Below, one piece after another: positions 29,508 through 39,336 of a stretch of DNA of 64,000 bases. The first letter of the stretch is position 1, and each line of letters starts with the position of its first letter. A program made the position numbers and the translations under genes. The notes beneath the pieces were generated by a model, which saw nothing but the letters and a program-made list of their open reading frames with translations, was not told the DNA's origin and did no database searches. The DNA is from an uncultured Bdellovibrio sp. (GTDB taxonomy: Bacteria; Bdellovibrionota; Bdellovibrionia; Bdellovibrionales; Bdellovibrionaceae): positions 1 through 64,000 of the forward strand of contig CAWVRN010000007.1 of NCBI GenBank assembly GCA_963932905.1, written 5' to 3'.

Positions 29508-29798
29508 CTATTCTTTTGGCGGATGGTTTCCCCAGTAGGCACAGTCATTATCATACACAGTGAGATCTTGAATTCCAAGATCTTCCCGATACCATACGCT
29601 TTGGTTTCTATTATCTAAATAGTCTGCACAAACCCAACCATTCCAAGTTGATATTTTTTTGAAAGAAGTTAATTGAGTTAATTCAATTTTAGGAACTGTT
29701 GTTTGTGTTTGAACTGGCAAAGCCGCTACGTGCGTTTTTTTTACATCGTTTGAGGCACAAGCAAAGTTGAGCAAAGCAAATAAGAACAATTTTTTCAT
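29508..29798 (-). CDS. Small putative lipoprotein
   Basis: MKKLFLFALLNFAC lipobox-like start; upstream TTGACA-N16-TAAACT at 29828-29855. Confidence 0.65.
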   Translation of the reverse strand: MKKLFLFALLNFACASNDVKKTHVAALPVQTQTTVPKIELTQLTSFKKISTWNGWVCADYLDNRNQSVWYREDLGIQDLTVYDNDCAYWGNHPPKE

Positions 29799-30017
29799 AT
29801 CATTTCCTAGAAATTAAGTTCTATTTGAGTTTAAAATACTCAGTTTTTTTGTCAATAATGTATTAAAATGTTTCATTAATTGTAGTCTTTTGCTATTCAA
29901 GAAAAATACCCTAAATAAATCAGGGACACATCGCAAATTTCGAAAATCAGGGAAATTCGTTGCCAAAGGTCCGCCCAAAACATCTTTTCTTCTAGCGAAG
30001 CATTATGGGAACCTAAT

Positions 30018-30380
30018 TTATAGCTTCACGGCTGCCTTTACTTCTTTAATTAGATGATTTTCGTCAAATGGTTTCTCAAAGACACCAATCAGATGAGGGG
30101 ATTGAGAAAGATCGTTCAAATTCAAATTATTTGTATAGCCTGATACGATAGCTATGGGAACAGGATGCGCGCTTGAAAACACTCGTCGAGAAAACTCTAC
30201 ACCATCACACTTAGGCATAATGACATCGGAAACTATGACATCCGGATGCTCAGCGAGGAACACTTCATAGCCTATTAATCCGTTCTCGGCCTCGACAGTT
30301 TCGAAACCTTCCGATCGAAACATGTACACCAAAACCTCTCTTAAAACCTCGTCATCCTCGACGATTAGTATTTTTTTCAT
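30018..30380 (-). CDS. Single-domain response regulator
   Basis: ILIVEDD, VSDVIMP (phospho-Asp), SG and EKPF; SD AAGGAAGG. Confidence 0.93.
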   Translation of the reverse strand: MKKILIVEDDEVLREVLVYMFRSEGFETVEAENGLIGYEVFLAEHPDVIVSDVIMPKCDGVEFSRRVFSSAHPVPIAIVSGYTNNLNLNDLSQSPHLIGVFEKPFDENHLIKEVKAAVKL

Positions 30381-30399
30381 TTAGCCTTCCTTGGTTAAA

Positions 30400-31782
30400 T
30401 TATTTTATCTTGGGGAAACTAACAATGGTTTTCCTATTAGCAGAATTGAAATCAAATTCTATTTTACCGTTCTGTCCTTCAACAATCGCTTTGGCAACCA
30501 CCATACTTAATCCTAAGTTGCTGTAATTTTGAATGTTAAATGATTTTGTTTTTACTTTCTTAAGGTCATCATCTGCAAAATGGCTATTATTCTGACGAGA
30601 ATCAGAAAAAGAAATTAAAATATTTTCCTCGGACTCCAGAAGTTCGATCCGAATCCATGGGGAAACGGAGCTGTCAATAGCTTCAATAGCTTCACTTAGG
30701 AAATTTCGTATCGCCTGAACGGTTTCATTTTGATTTCCAATTATGTTAAAGTAACTCCCCCGATAAGCCGTCGAGAATTGAATATTTTTTTGAGCGCAAT
30801 ATTCAAATGTCGATCGCTCGATATCCTCGACAACCGTTTTTAAGTCAATTTGGGTACGATGGCTTATTTTTTTCTCTCCGGCAGCCTCCCTTAAAACTGA
30901 CGTCATTTTCGATATGTTTTCAACAACGCTTTTAATTTTAAAAGCTCGTTCAGAAACTGAATCTCTATCGATCTTATCTGACGAAACCAATTTTAAAATA
31001 GATTGTGCTGTAATTGAAATCGAGGCCAGAGGGCTGTTGAGTTCGTGGGCTAAGACTCCCGAGAGTTGTCCCAGACTGGCCAGCTTGTTAGATTCCCAAA
31101 TTTGCAGGTCCGCTTTTCTTAGGTCAGTCAAACGATGTTGAATTTCCATCTCTAAATTTTGATTCTTTACAAACAAGGAATACTCATTAATAACCATGGG
31201 AATTAAGGCTGACAATGTGTGAATGATGAGAAATGCAATGGAAAGTGCCAAAATGAAAAACTCTGGTTTATTCTTGAAGTAAGCATAATCTAAATAATGA
31301 AGGGTCAGTAAAAGTGCGATAGAAAAAAACAACGTCTGACCACTAGAGAACTTGCTGCGTTTTTCCTTAAACACGAGATAAAAAGCCAAAAACACAGGAA
31401 ACGCCGATCCAAACGAAAGCAAATAGCCAAAAATTTCAAACGGCACCATAAAAAACTGTGCGCTTATAACAGTAACTATAAATGCTACTATAAATACGAG
31501 CGCTCCTAATTTTTGATTATAATTTACATTTCTTACTTTACATATAACCAATGCTAAAATCGTTTGCGATACGAATGTCCCTATACCAACCAACGGAAAA
31601 ATAAGGGATTGTTGATCCTGGACAACTAAATTAATAACCGTGCTTAAAAGAATTGAGGCCCAATATAGTACTGAGTAAAAATAAATTTGTTTTTTCTCAA
31701 TAACTAACTGAAATACCGCCATGAACAAGGCTACTATGATTGTCGCGGTAAAAAGAAGATACACTACTTTAAGAGAATCCAT
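30400..31782 (-). CDS. 7-TM sensor histidine kinase with a degenerate ATP-binding domain
   Basis: About 7 TM helices; H-box KLASLGQLSGVLAHELNSPL; N, G1 and G2 boxes altered (NFLSEA, DSRQ, SNLGLS). Confidence 0.85.
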   Translation of the reverse strand: MDSLKVVYLLFTATIIVALFMAVFQLVIEKKQIYFYSVLYWASILLSTVINLVVQDQQSLIFPLVGIGTFVSQTILALVICKVRNVNYNQKLGALVFIVAFIVTVISAQFFMVPFEIFGYLLSFGSAFPVFLAFYLVFKEKRSKFSSGQTLFFSIALLLTLHYLDYAYFKNKPEFFILALSIAFLIIHTLSALIPMVINEYSLFVKNQNLEMEIQHRLTDLRKADLQIWESNKLASLGQLSGVLAHELNSPLASISITAQSILKLVSSDKIDRDSVSERAFKIKSVVENISKMTSVLREAAGEKKISHRTQIDLKTVVEDIERSTFEYCAQKNIQFSTAYRGSYFNIIGNQNETVQAIRNFLSEAIEAIDSSVSPWIRIELLESEENILISFSDSRQNNSHFADDDLKKVKTKSFNIQNYSNLGLSMVVAKAIVEGQNGKIEFDFNSANRKTIVSFPKIK

Positions 31783-32128
31783 GTTCCTTGCCTTTTTCTA
31801 GTTACGTCCATCATTAGAACATTTCTCACAACCTTACTATCGTCGCGTTTTTACCAAATCATAAGTTAAGTTATCTGGACATTCTTAAAATGAAACACGG
31901 GCGCGTTGCCAAGCGTTTAATTGTCACTGACTCCCCGTTGTTCTCAATCTAAGTCAGGTAAATATGATCACAGCGATGTTATTTAGAGGCGCCTTGCTTC
32001 GCGTAAGCTAAATCAAATTTAATAAAACACAGTGCTGGTTTGGAGGAAACACAAACTACTCTTTTCGCTCAGCAATCAGCGTTTGTGACCGTTGTGATGC
32101 CATTCGAGGTTTATGGAAACTTCGGATT

Positions 32129-33166
32129 TTAAATTTTTGGATATATCCAAGCTTCGAAATCGGGATGATCTGATGGATGAGGTTTTACGAGACTTTTCGA
32201 GGCAGTCCACCTTTTAAGCGCATCTTTCGAATCGCCTTTGGCAGTCAGGTCATACACTCCACTTTGTCCTTGACCCCACTTCAAAAAAAACTCTTCAATA
32301 CTTTCCGCGATCAATTCAAATTCTCCAGTATCGCAAAGTTGAACCACAGGAAAAGGTGCTAATGCTTGATCTGAATACTTCCATATAGCGATCTTGGTAC
32401 CATCGATAACTGAGAGGAATTCTCCAAAAAAAGGGCGTAGATGTGTGTTGATTTGCCCAAAATATGGATGCGGATTTTCCATTCGAAAGAGTCCTATCGA
32501 TTTCGGAGCTTGACGTCTAAGCCAATCACCAAACTCTTGAAGAATCGAGGGAAATGGTATCTGTGACGGCCAATGAGCCTTGATGCCTTCAATGTCGACA
32601 TGGTAGCCATTCTTAATAAAGCCGTTTTTTTTCCAGGCAGTAAAAATTTCTTTAAACTTTGGATCCTGAGCTAGAGTAACAAAAGTAGGATCGAATTCCA
32701 TTTCTCGCGTTTCTTCGTATCCATTTTCAGCCGCTAGACGAATCATTTCGATTGCTTCAGATTTCTTTCCTGACAACATGAGGCAGCAAGCGTAGTTGTG
32801 ACCAAAATGCGGGTTTTGTACAACACAGCTTTTAAATGGCTCTAGCAATTGATAAGACTGGTCCCCCATGTTTTTCGAGTAAAGTAGATGTGCCAAATTA
32901 TTAAGGGCTATCAAAAAATTTTGCCGATCAGCTTCCACGACGGAATTCCCGTGTTTTTCAGCGAGTGGCGGATGAGGCATTTTTATAAGGGCTTCCAAAA
33001 ATTTAATTTTGTGAGTCTCCGGACATTTTACAAAAATAAACTGCATGACCTCTGAAATAGTCATTTTGTGGAATTGAAATAAACTTAAAATATCATGAAT
33101 GTTGTTTTCCGCGGAAGAAAGAAGGACATTATTGATTTTTTGCTGTTGTATACCTTCAGACTTCAT
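32129..33166 (-). CDS. TPR-end domain fused to an SMI1/KNR4 (SUKH)-like domain
   Basis: HNYACCLMLSGKKSEAIEMIRLAAENGY...DPTF..L..DPKF, then DGTKIAIW...PVVQL.DTGE..LIAESIEEFF. Start at MKSEG, 6 nt after TATAAT. Confidence 0.6.
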   Translation of the reverse strand: MKSEGIQQQKINNVLLSSAENNIHDILSLFQFHKMTISEVMQFIFVKCPETHKIKFLEALIKMPHPPLAEKHGNSVVEADRQNFLIALNNLAHLLYSKNMGDQSYQLLEPFKSCVVQNPHFGHNYACCLMLSGKKSEAIEMIRLAAENGYEETREMEFDPTFVTLAQDPKFKEIFTAWKKNGFIKNGYHVDIEGIKAHWPSQIPFPSILQEFGDWLRRQAPKSIGLFRMENPHPYFGQINTHLRPFFGEFLSVIDGTKIAIWKYSDQALAPFPVVQLCDTGEFELIAESIEEFFLKWGQGQSGVYDLTAKGDSKDALKRWTASKSLVKPHPSDHPDFEAWIYPKI

Positions 33167-33395
33167 TCGTTTATTATAAGTCAGCATCTTGTGTTGGTCA
33201 TTAAAGGAATCCTTTTATACGCTGCTTGGTCATATGCGGCTCAGCCATTTGAACCGCTCTCTTGGAAAGAACGTCAATGCGATCGACCTCGCAACTCTAT
33301 TCAATAAATGCGGTATTCCTTAAAGCAAGTGTACGGAATGATCGAAACTATAAACTAAAAGTGTCAGATAAAATCTAAGTTTATGCACATTAATG

Positions 33396-35408
33396 TTATT
33401 TTTTAGAATAGCTACCCGAGAATGAATAAATGAATCCTAAAACCATTTTATTATATTTATAGGCTTCAACATTAGAATTATTCACTAAGTATGACAATGT
33501 AAGGGAAATATTGTTTCTCTTACTCAAATCTTGAGCAGCCCCAAGAGTTAAGCCATAGATCGTGTCTTTTCTTTCATTTGAATTATTTGTATATTTCAAG
33601 TCCGAGTAATCCAACCGAGCGCTTCCTTTATATTTCGCACTCCAAGGGAAAGAGTACGTTCCCGCAACAATCACTTTGTTATACGTATTATTTTTTCCTT
33701 CGGATGCGTTGGAAATATAGCCAACGTCGGCAAGAACTGATTTATCACCCGTCTGATTTAGCAATTTCAGCCAATTATAGTTAATCGACATGCGTTTTGC
33801 CGACTGGTCATCATCAGTACTTGAAACTTCTAAAGACGATTTATCCACGACGTAATCAAATTTCACGATATGGAACTTGTTACTGTCCTGATCCCACTGG
33901 GTATCCAATGCTAAACCAGACGAATTCAAAATCTGCTTTCGGGATCCACCATCGTCACTCATGTTCAACATAAATACATAAGGAATAACATTCGAGCTAA
34001 ATGATCGTTTCAACCAAGTGTACGTGTAATTAATAGGAAGACGCACGCCATACTGCAAGGGATCTGCAGCTTGAATAGTGCTGCTACTTTTAAAATTCTT
34101 ATCCACACTATACATATCGGATAAAACCGCTTCCGCAGCGTATTTGGAAGACATAGTTCTATAGTAATAATACGTTAACGAGCCGCCATATAACAATCGA
34201 TATGCTTCTGAACCCGTGGTTAGATTTTGGGTAGAGATATTAAGAACATTTCCATCGTATTGAAGACCCGTATATAAATTGTACCGTAGAATTTCTTTTT
34301 GAGATTCAAGAAAACTCTCAATACGATCAATCTCTTCGATTCTTGCTTCCGCTTTCTTATCTAACTTGGGATCTTTTGAATTATCCAAAACAAATTGATA
34401 ACGTTCTTTAGCTTTTGGATACAAGGCTTTTTGAAATTCAATCGTACCGGCGTAAAATGCCGCCGGTGGACTCAATTCAACATCTTTTTCCTCTTGGATA
34501 TCTGCAAAATCTTCTAACGCTTTATCTAGTTCGTTTAACTTTAAATGATTTAGACCAACGTAATAGCGATGCTCAATCTGATTTTGATCGCCGCCTTCGG
34601 CCATCGACAGAATAGAAAGTGATTTGTTGTAGTTTCCTACTTTGTAGAGAGCAACTCCATATTTATATAGGAAGGAATCATTCTCCGGATCTAACTCATA
34701 AGCTTTCTGGTAGCTCGTTGCGGCCAGCTGAAACTTACCCGCACGATACTCTTTATCAGCTCTGTCCGCCAAGATCTTGGCCTGTTGTTTAGATTGGCGT
34801 TTAGCTTCTTCACTTTGCGCCTGTTGTTGTTTTAGTAACTCTTCACGCTTAAGTGCTTCCTGAGTTTCAAAACTTAAACGTGATTGTTCTTGAATACGGT
34901 CGTTCAAGCGAACGATGGTTTCTTTCTTATCTTGAACTTGATCTGGATTTAAACCTTTTGCCGTCTTAACTTCTTGGAGTTTCTTTTTTAAGTCTTCAGT
35001 GGCTTTATTCATAAACTGAACTGAATACGCTTGCCATTCTTTTTCTGTTTGAAACAATACGACCGACAATGCTTTCTCTGACGTGTTGGTGTTGGGAAGA
35101 ACAAATGCATATAATTTATTACCGGTCTTTGTTTCAAATTCTAATAACTGACTTGGGTACTTTTCCAAATTCATTTGAATGCGAAAATAACCAGTTAAAA
35201 TGCTCTTATCCTGCACCGTAGGCATTAACTCGACAGAGGCCCTTCTTTTAGTTTGCACTTCGGTCACGGAAATAAATTGAGATGTATTCGACGATTTATT
35301 TTGAGTCTGAAACTCGATATAAATCGGCTGATTTTCTAGAAGTGTAATTTGTTGGCCTAACGCCAACGCCATCGACGTTGAAAAAAAGAGTAGTAAGAAT
35401 TTTTTCAT
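33396..35408 (-). CDS. TPR-containing outer-membrane beta-barrel protein
   Basis: Signal peptide, coiled coil, 4-5 TPRs, GLQYDGNV barrel-start motif, alternating beta strands and an aromatic-rich final strand. Confidence 0.75.
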   Translation of the reverse strand: MKKFLLLFFSTSMALALGQQITLLENQPIYIEFQTQNKSSNTSQFISVTEVQTKRRASVELMPTVQDKSILTGYFRIQMNLEKYPSQLLEFETKTGNKLYAFVLPNTNTSEKALSVVLFQTEKEWQAYSVQFMNKATEDLKKKLQEVKTAKGLNPDQVQDKKETIVRLNDRIQEQSRLSFETQEALKREELLKQQQAQSEEAKRQSKQQAKILADRADKEYRAGKFQLAATSYQKAYELDPENDSFLYKYGVALYKVGNYNKSLSILSMAEGGDQNQIEHRYYVGLNHLKLNELDKALEDFADIQEEKDVELSPPAAFYAGTIEFQKALYPKAKERYQFVLDNSKDPKLDKKAEARIEEIDRIESFLESQKEILRYNLYTGLQYDGNVLNISTQNLTTGSEAYRLLYGGSLTYYYYRTMSSKYAAEAVLSDMYSVDKNFKSSSTIQAADPLQYGVRLPINYTYTWLKRSFSSNVIPYVFMLNMSDDGGSRKQILNSSGLALDTQWDQDSNKFHIVKFDYVVDKSSLEVSSTDDDQSAKRMSINYNWLKLLNQTGDKSVLADVGYISNASEGKNNTYNKVIVAGTYSFPWSAKYKGSARLDYSDLKYTNNSNERKDTIYGLTLGAAQDLSKRNNISLTLSYLVNNSNVEAYKYNKMVLGFIYSFSGSYSKK

Positions 35409-35428
35409 ATAGATAACAGTGTAAACTA

Positions 35429-36301
35429 TTATCTTGTCGGGACAATAATAACTTTTGTTTTCAGACTCTTATTAGAAATAATGTCAGTCGGTACTGGCGG
35501 CGGAACCACAGGAGGTTTCACTATAGGAGGTCCTGAAACAACGGGTGGCGGAGGAGCATCAAATGCTTTCGGAACATTCTTTACATCCACAGCTACATCG
35601 GCTTTATCTACCATACCACTACTACTACCAGGATTTGCTTCTGATGCTGGACTACGGCCTTGTTCTTTGCTTTCATTCTTCGCAGTAGATCCATTAGCTT
35701 TATCCAAATCTTCTTTCTTCATCTGTTTAGGCGCTTCCGGCGCGGCTTGACCTTGAGTCACAGAGGACGTTTCGCCTTTTTTAACGATCACCGGTGGCGT
35801 ACTTGAGCCCGGTAAAGAAAGCGCCACCGCACCTTTGAAGGTAACAATTTCTGTTCGTCTAGTGGCTGGATCAAATGATGTTAAGAATTGTGTTCCGCGT
35901 ACACCGGCCACAGCCGTTGGCGTTTTGATCATAAATTGACTTTTCTCGCCGTCATATTTCTGCTCGACGTTACTGCGCACTTTACCTTTTGATAAATCAA
36001 TCTCTACGTTTTTCACACCCGTGGTAGAATCATTTTCGTATTTGTTAATAGTCATTTTTGTATCAGTAGAAATATTGAAAACATTTCGATCAGACATAAC
36101 GATTTTTGCACGACTATCCGCACCCGTTGTGACTAAATCACCCGCGTAGACTTTGGAAGCTACCTTTGCTTTAAATTTCCCGGTTTTTTTGGATTCAACT
36201 TCGACGTCGCCTTTCACTACCATAAAAATTCCATGGAGTTCTTCGGCAAATGTTTTAGATTGAGACGCTAATAAAAATAAAACAATCAATACGTGCTTCA
36301 T
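35429..36301 (-). CDS. FecR-domain periplasmic protein
   Basis: Signal peptide; VKGDV, GD.VTTGADSRA, IKTPTAVAGVRGTQF and FKGAV; Pro-rich tail. Confidence 0.9.
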   Translation of the reverse strand: MKHVLIVLFLLASQSKTFAEELHGIFMVVKGDVEVESKKTGKFKAKVASKVYAGDLVTTGADSRAKIVMSDRNVFNISTDTKMTINKYENDSTTGVKNVEIDLSKGKVRSNVEQKYDGEKSQFMIKTPTAVAGVRGTQFLTSFDPATRRTEIVTFKGAVALSLPGSSTPPVIVKKGETSSVTQGQAAPEAPKQMKKEDLDKANGSTAKNESKEQGRSPASEANPGSSSGMVDKADVAVDVKNVPKAFDAPPPPVVSGPPIVKPPVVPPPVPTDIISNKSLKTKVIIVPTR

Positions 36302-36406
36302 GTATATATTGTAGCATTGACTGCGAAAAAGTTTCCAAGAATTTCTTTAGCTAGCCCTAAAACAAGTTGGTACTAGTCTATAATAAAACGGCTTACGCCT
36401 AAGGTC

Positions 36407-36706
36407 TTATGGACAATAATAAGCTGTACCAGATACAGCCGTCTCATATGCAGATGCCGTTTCCATGACTAGGTAGTTGGCACCTTTATACGCGGCTTCT
36501 TTTTTCATATCCTCAATAGCTCCCTCAAGGTCGGGTTTAACGCTAACGGTTTTACCCTGGACTCTACCTAAGTTTTTACACTCAGGATCCTTTGGCGTTT
36601 CGCGACTAATTTTAATGCTGTCAGCAGACGGAACAATCGGAGTTGAAGAACAAGCCATTAAAGAACCAACAGAAACGAATAGAGCAAATTGGATAAGTTT
36701 TTTCAT
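36407..36706 (-). CDS. DUF4156-like small lipoprotein
   Basis: LMAC lipobox, CKNLGRV, AAYKGANY and GTAYYCP. Confidence 0.8.
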   Translation of the reverse strand: MKKLIQFALFVSVGSLMACSSTPIVPSADSIKISRETPKDPECKNLGRVQGKTVSVKPDLEGAIEDMKKEAAYKGANYLVMETASAYETAVSGTAYYCP

Positions 36707-36788
36707 AAAGCTAGGGTTTCAAAATCCGTTTTCTCTGTCAAATTTAAATTTGCTTTATCCCAAAAAACAGGTAGAAGCTTAGAATTAC

Positions 36789-37685
36789 ATGCGAATTAAA
36801 TCATTTTTTATTGTTGCTTTCTTGCTGCTATCGGCTTGCACCTATGATCACGAATTAGGGAGCGAAAAGAACCCGGTCAAACTGTTTCTGATTCCTGGCC
36901 AAGACCCGAAAGTTCTTGAAGATAATGGTAACAAAGTTGCTGACTTCCTTCGTAAAAAATCAAACCTACATTTTGAAGTTAAAGTTCCGCCAAGTTATAT
37001 CGCTGTAGTAGAAGCATTTGGTTCTAACCGCGCAGATATCGCCATTATGAATACATTTGGCTACATCTTGGCTCACGAAAAATACGGAGTCGAAGCTCAC
37101 TTAATGGGCGTGCACTTTGGACAGAAAAGCTACCAAGGCCAAATCATTGCGCGCAAAGGTAAGTTCAAAAAAATAGAAGAACTAGACGGTAAGAAATTTG
37201 CCTATGTGGATCCCGCATCGACTTCGGGATTTCTGCTACCGACAGAATTGTTTAAAAAGAAAAATATCAAACCCAAAGAATTTGTATTTGGCGGCAAACA
37301 TGACACTGTTGTCACCATGGTTTACCAAGGGCAAGTGGATGCCGGTGCTACATTCTACACCCCCGTCCAAGAAGGCAAACCTCAGGACGCGCGTAAGCTG
37401 GTCCTGACGCAGTTTCCGGATGTTTTTGAAAAAATTGAAGTTTTGGCCCTCACCGATCCAATCCCAAATGATCCTATTGTATTCCGCAAAGACTTATCGT
37501 TGCCCATGAAAATAAAAATAAAAGAAGCTTTGGTTGAGTACCTGAAATCGCCAGAAGGCCAAGATACATTCATGAAGTTATACAATATGAATGATGTCGT
37601 CGCAGTTACAGATGAACACTACGACGAAGTCAGAAAAGCCCTGCAACGCCTTGGTAAAACAGCGCAAGAATTTATTCGTAAGTAA
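36789..37685 (+). CDS. PhnD/PtxB-family phosphate/phosphite/phosphonate-binding lipoprotein
   Basis: LSAC lipobox, AYVDPASTSGFL, GKHD and IPNDPIVFRKDL. Confidence 0.9.
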   Translation: MRIKSFFIVAFLLLSACTYDHELGSEKNPVKLFLIPGQDPKVLEDNGNKVADFLRKKSNLHFEVKVPPSYIAVVEAFGSNRADIAIMNTFGYILAHEKYGVEAHLMGVHFGQKSYQGQIIARKGKFKKIEELDGKKFAYVDPASTSGFLLPTELFKKKNIKPKEFVFGGKHDTVVTMVYQGQVDAGATFYTPVQEGKPQDARKLVLTQFPDVFEKIEVLALTDPIPNDPIVFRKDLSLPMKIKIKEALVEYLKSPEGQDTFMKLYNMNDVVAVTDEHYDEVRKALQRLGKTAQEFIRK

Positions 37686-37701
37686 TCAAATTAGAAACTA
37701 G

Positions 37702-38151
37702 CTATCTCATTACCATTCGTTCGCAAACGATAAACTTACCGGTAGTTCCATCAGATACTAATTTAGCTTCATGTAGAATCACTTTGTACGTTTGTGTTTG
37801 CTGATCCAAGAACAGACTCGCGGTCACTTTCTTTTGTGTACCTTTTTTATCTGTGTATGTTTTCGCTCCAAACAAATCACCGCTGCTGTAACTTTGCATC
37901 GAGAACTGTTCTGCCCGCGTCGCTACCCATTTCTTGTCCACTACTTTCAACAGACTGAAAGTCACATTGTACTTGGGCGAAAATAAATCTTCTTGACTGG
38001 AATTAACCATCAACGCACACGTGCCGCCGATATTTGATCCAACACCAACTTTACCAACCATCATACGCCCGCTATTGATCGAAATACCATCAGCCATGGC
38101 CGACACCGCCGCGATAGCCACCAGCAAACCACTCACTATATAACGCTTCAT
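37702..38151 (-). CDS. Secreted hypothetical protein
   Basis: Signal peptide ending AMA-D; SD GAGG; two Cys. Confidence 0.75.
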   Translation of the reverse strand: MKRYIVSGLLVAIAAVSAMADGISINSGRMMVGKVGVGSNIGGTCALMVNSSQEDLFSPKYNVTFSLLKVVDKKWVATRAEQFSMQSYSSGDLFGAKTYTDKKGTQKKVTASLFLDQQTQTYKVILHEAKLVSDGTTGKFIVCERMVMR

Positions 38152-38188
38152 AAGACCTCACATACATTCAGGTTCTAACACTTAGTAG

Positions 38189-38203
38189 GCACAATCGGTG
38201 CCA
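38189..38203 (-). promoter_or_regulatory. Sigma54 (-24/-12) promoter candidate
   Basis: Minus strand TGGCACCGATTGTGC (GG-N10-GC), 37 bp upstream of the ATG at 38151. Confidence 0.65.
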
Positions 38204-38360
38204 CCCCTTCTCAAATTGAGACGACCTTGAAACACCATGAAACTGGGCTGTCATGACAGGTGTCTAATTCTGAGACAGTAATTCGATCCATAAAGTCTAG
38301 TTATGCCTCTCACTGCGCGGCTTTCCTTTAACTGATAGTGGGGATTCCGAAAATTAAGAA

Positions 38361-38599
38361 GTGAAATCCATTGCGGTCGTTATCACATTCTTAAGCCTAC
38401 TGCTGTTAGTATTGCGGTTCAAAGTCCTTTGGGGTCATCGGCATCTTTTGAATTTTCGTCTCTGCTTCCGAACCAGAATGCGTGCCTTAAATTTTACAGC
38501 GGCAAAAACAACTATTTTAGTTCAGTTCTATTTATCGCACACAAAGCCAAGCTAAGGTCCCAAGAAACTATTTCGGAAGATGAAATTCGCAATTCCTGA
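38361..38599 (+). pseudogene. Possible frameshifted remnant of a secreted protein gene
   Basis: Signal-peptide-like start VKSIAVVITFLSL; a shifted frame continues TAVSIAVQSPLGSSASF...NACLKFYSG to TGA at 38599. Confidence 0.3.
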
Positions 38600-38716
38600 C
38601 CTACCCAGTAGGTTTTATTTTTGATTTCATCTCGAAACTAAAAATCGTTACATGAAGCAAACGACGCGCGAGAAAACATTAGACAGTGTATCGTATCATG
38701 ATGAGACTGATTTTCT

Positions 38717-39334
38717 TTAGACAGCGTTAAAAATATCAGCGAGTTTTTCTATATTGGGATACAGGGAAAGCAATACAATTCCTAACAATCCATAAAATAA
38801 AACCATGGCTAAACCCAAAAGCCAAGTTTGCCTTAAAACTTTGAATACAAAAATATCGTCGTCGGCTTTTTTGATTTTACGATACAAGAACGAGGTCGCC
38901 AAGCTAGATAAAATCACCTCGATCATCAATGCGGGAACTTCAAACAACAAATAACTGCTGGAATATATAAGTACTATAAACGCGACAACGACCAAAACTC
39001 CGATCAGCAAATCATGCCAGTCAGCATCTATCCAATTTACAAAATCAAAATCCCAATAGTCCTTACAGCTGCGAGTCTGTTCCACAGGTTGTGCTTGTTG
39101 TTGATTTTGCTTCACCTGAATGGGAGGCAAACTTTCTAGGTATATCTTCCAAAGGTACATCAAGATGATAAAAACAATATAGGAAATAAAAGCAGCCAAT
39201 GGGTAGCGAACTTCGATATTTACCTGTCCATACCTCAGCATCAAATGCGACGACATAAAACCGCACAATGCCACAATCACTATGATCAAGCGAGCATGAT
39301 AACGAAGGTAAATTCTATTGAATAGCTGAGACAC
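38717..39334 (-). CDS. Hypothetical integral membrane protein
   Basis: About 5 hydrophobic helices; GTG start 2 bp after the NADAR stop. Confidence 0.75.
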   Translation of the reverse strand: MSQLFNRIYLRYHARLIIVIVALCGFMSSHLMLRYGQVNIEVRYPLAAFISYIVFIILMYLWKIYLESLPPIQVKQNQQQAQPVEQTRSCKDYWDFDFVNWIDADWHDLLIGVLVVVAFIVLIYSSSYLLFEVPALMIEVILSSLATSFLYRKIKKADDDIFVFKVLRQTWLLGLAMVLFYGLLGIVLLSLYPNIEKLADIFNAV

Positions 39335-39336
39335 GT

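Noticed and set aside
36323..36337. TGGAAACTTTTTCGC sigma54-like element before the FecR gene
   Set aside because: Spacing fits, but an extended -10 (TGcTACAAT) 6 nt before ATG explains the region better.
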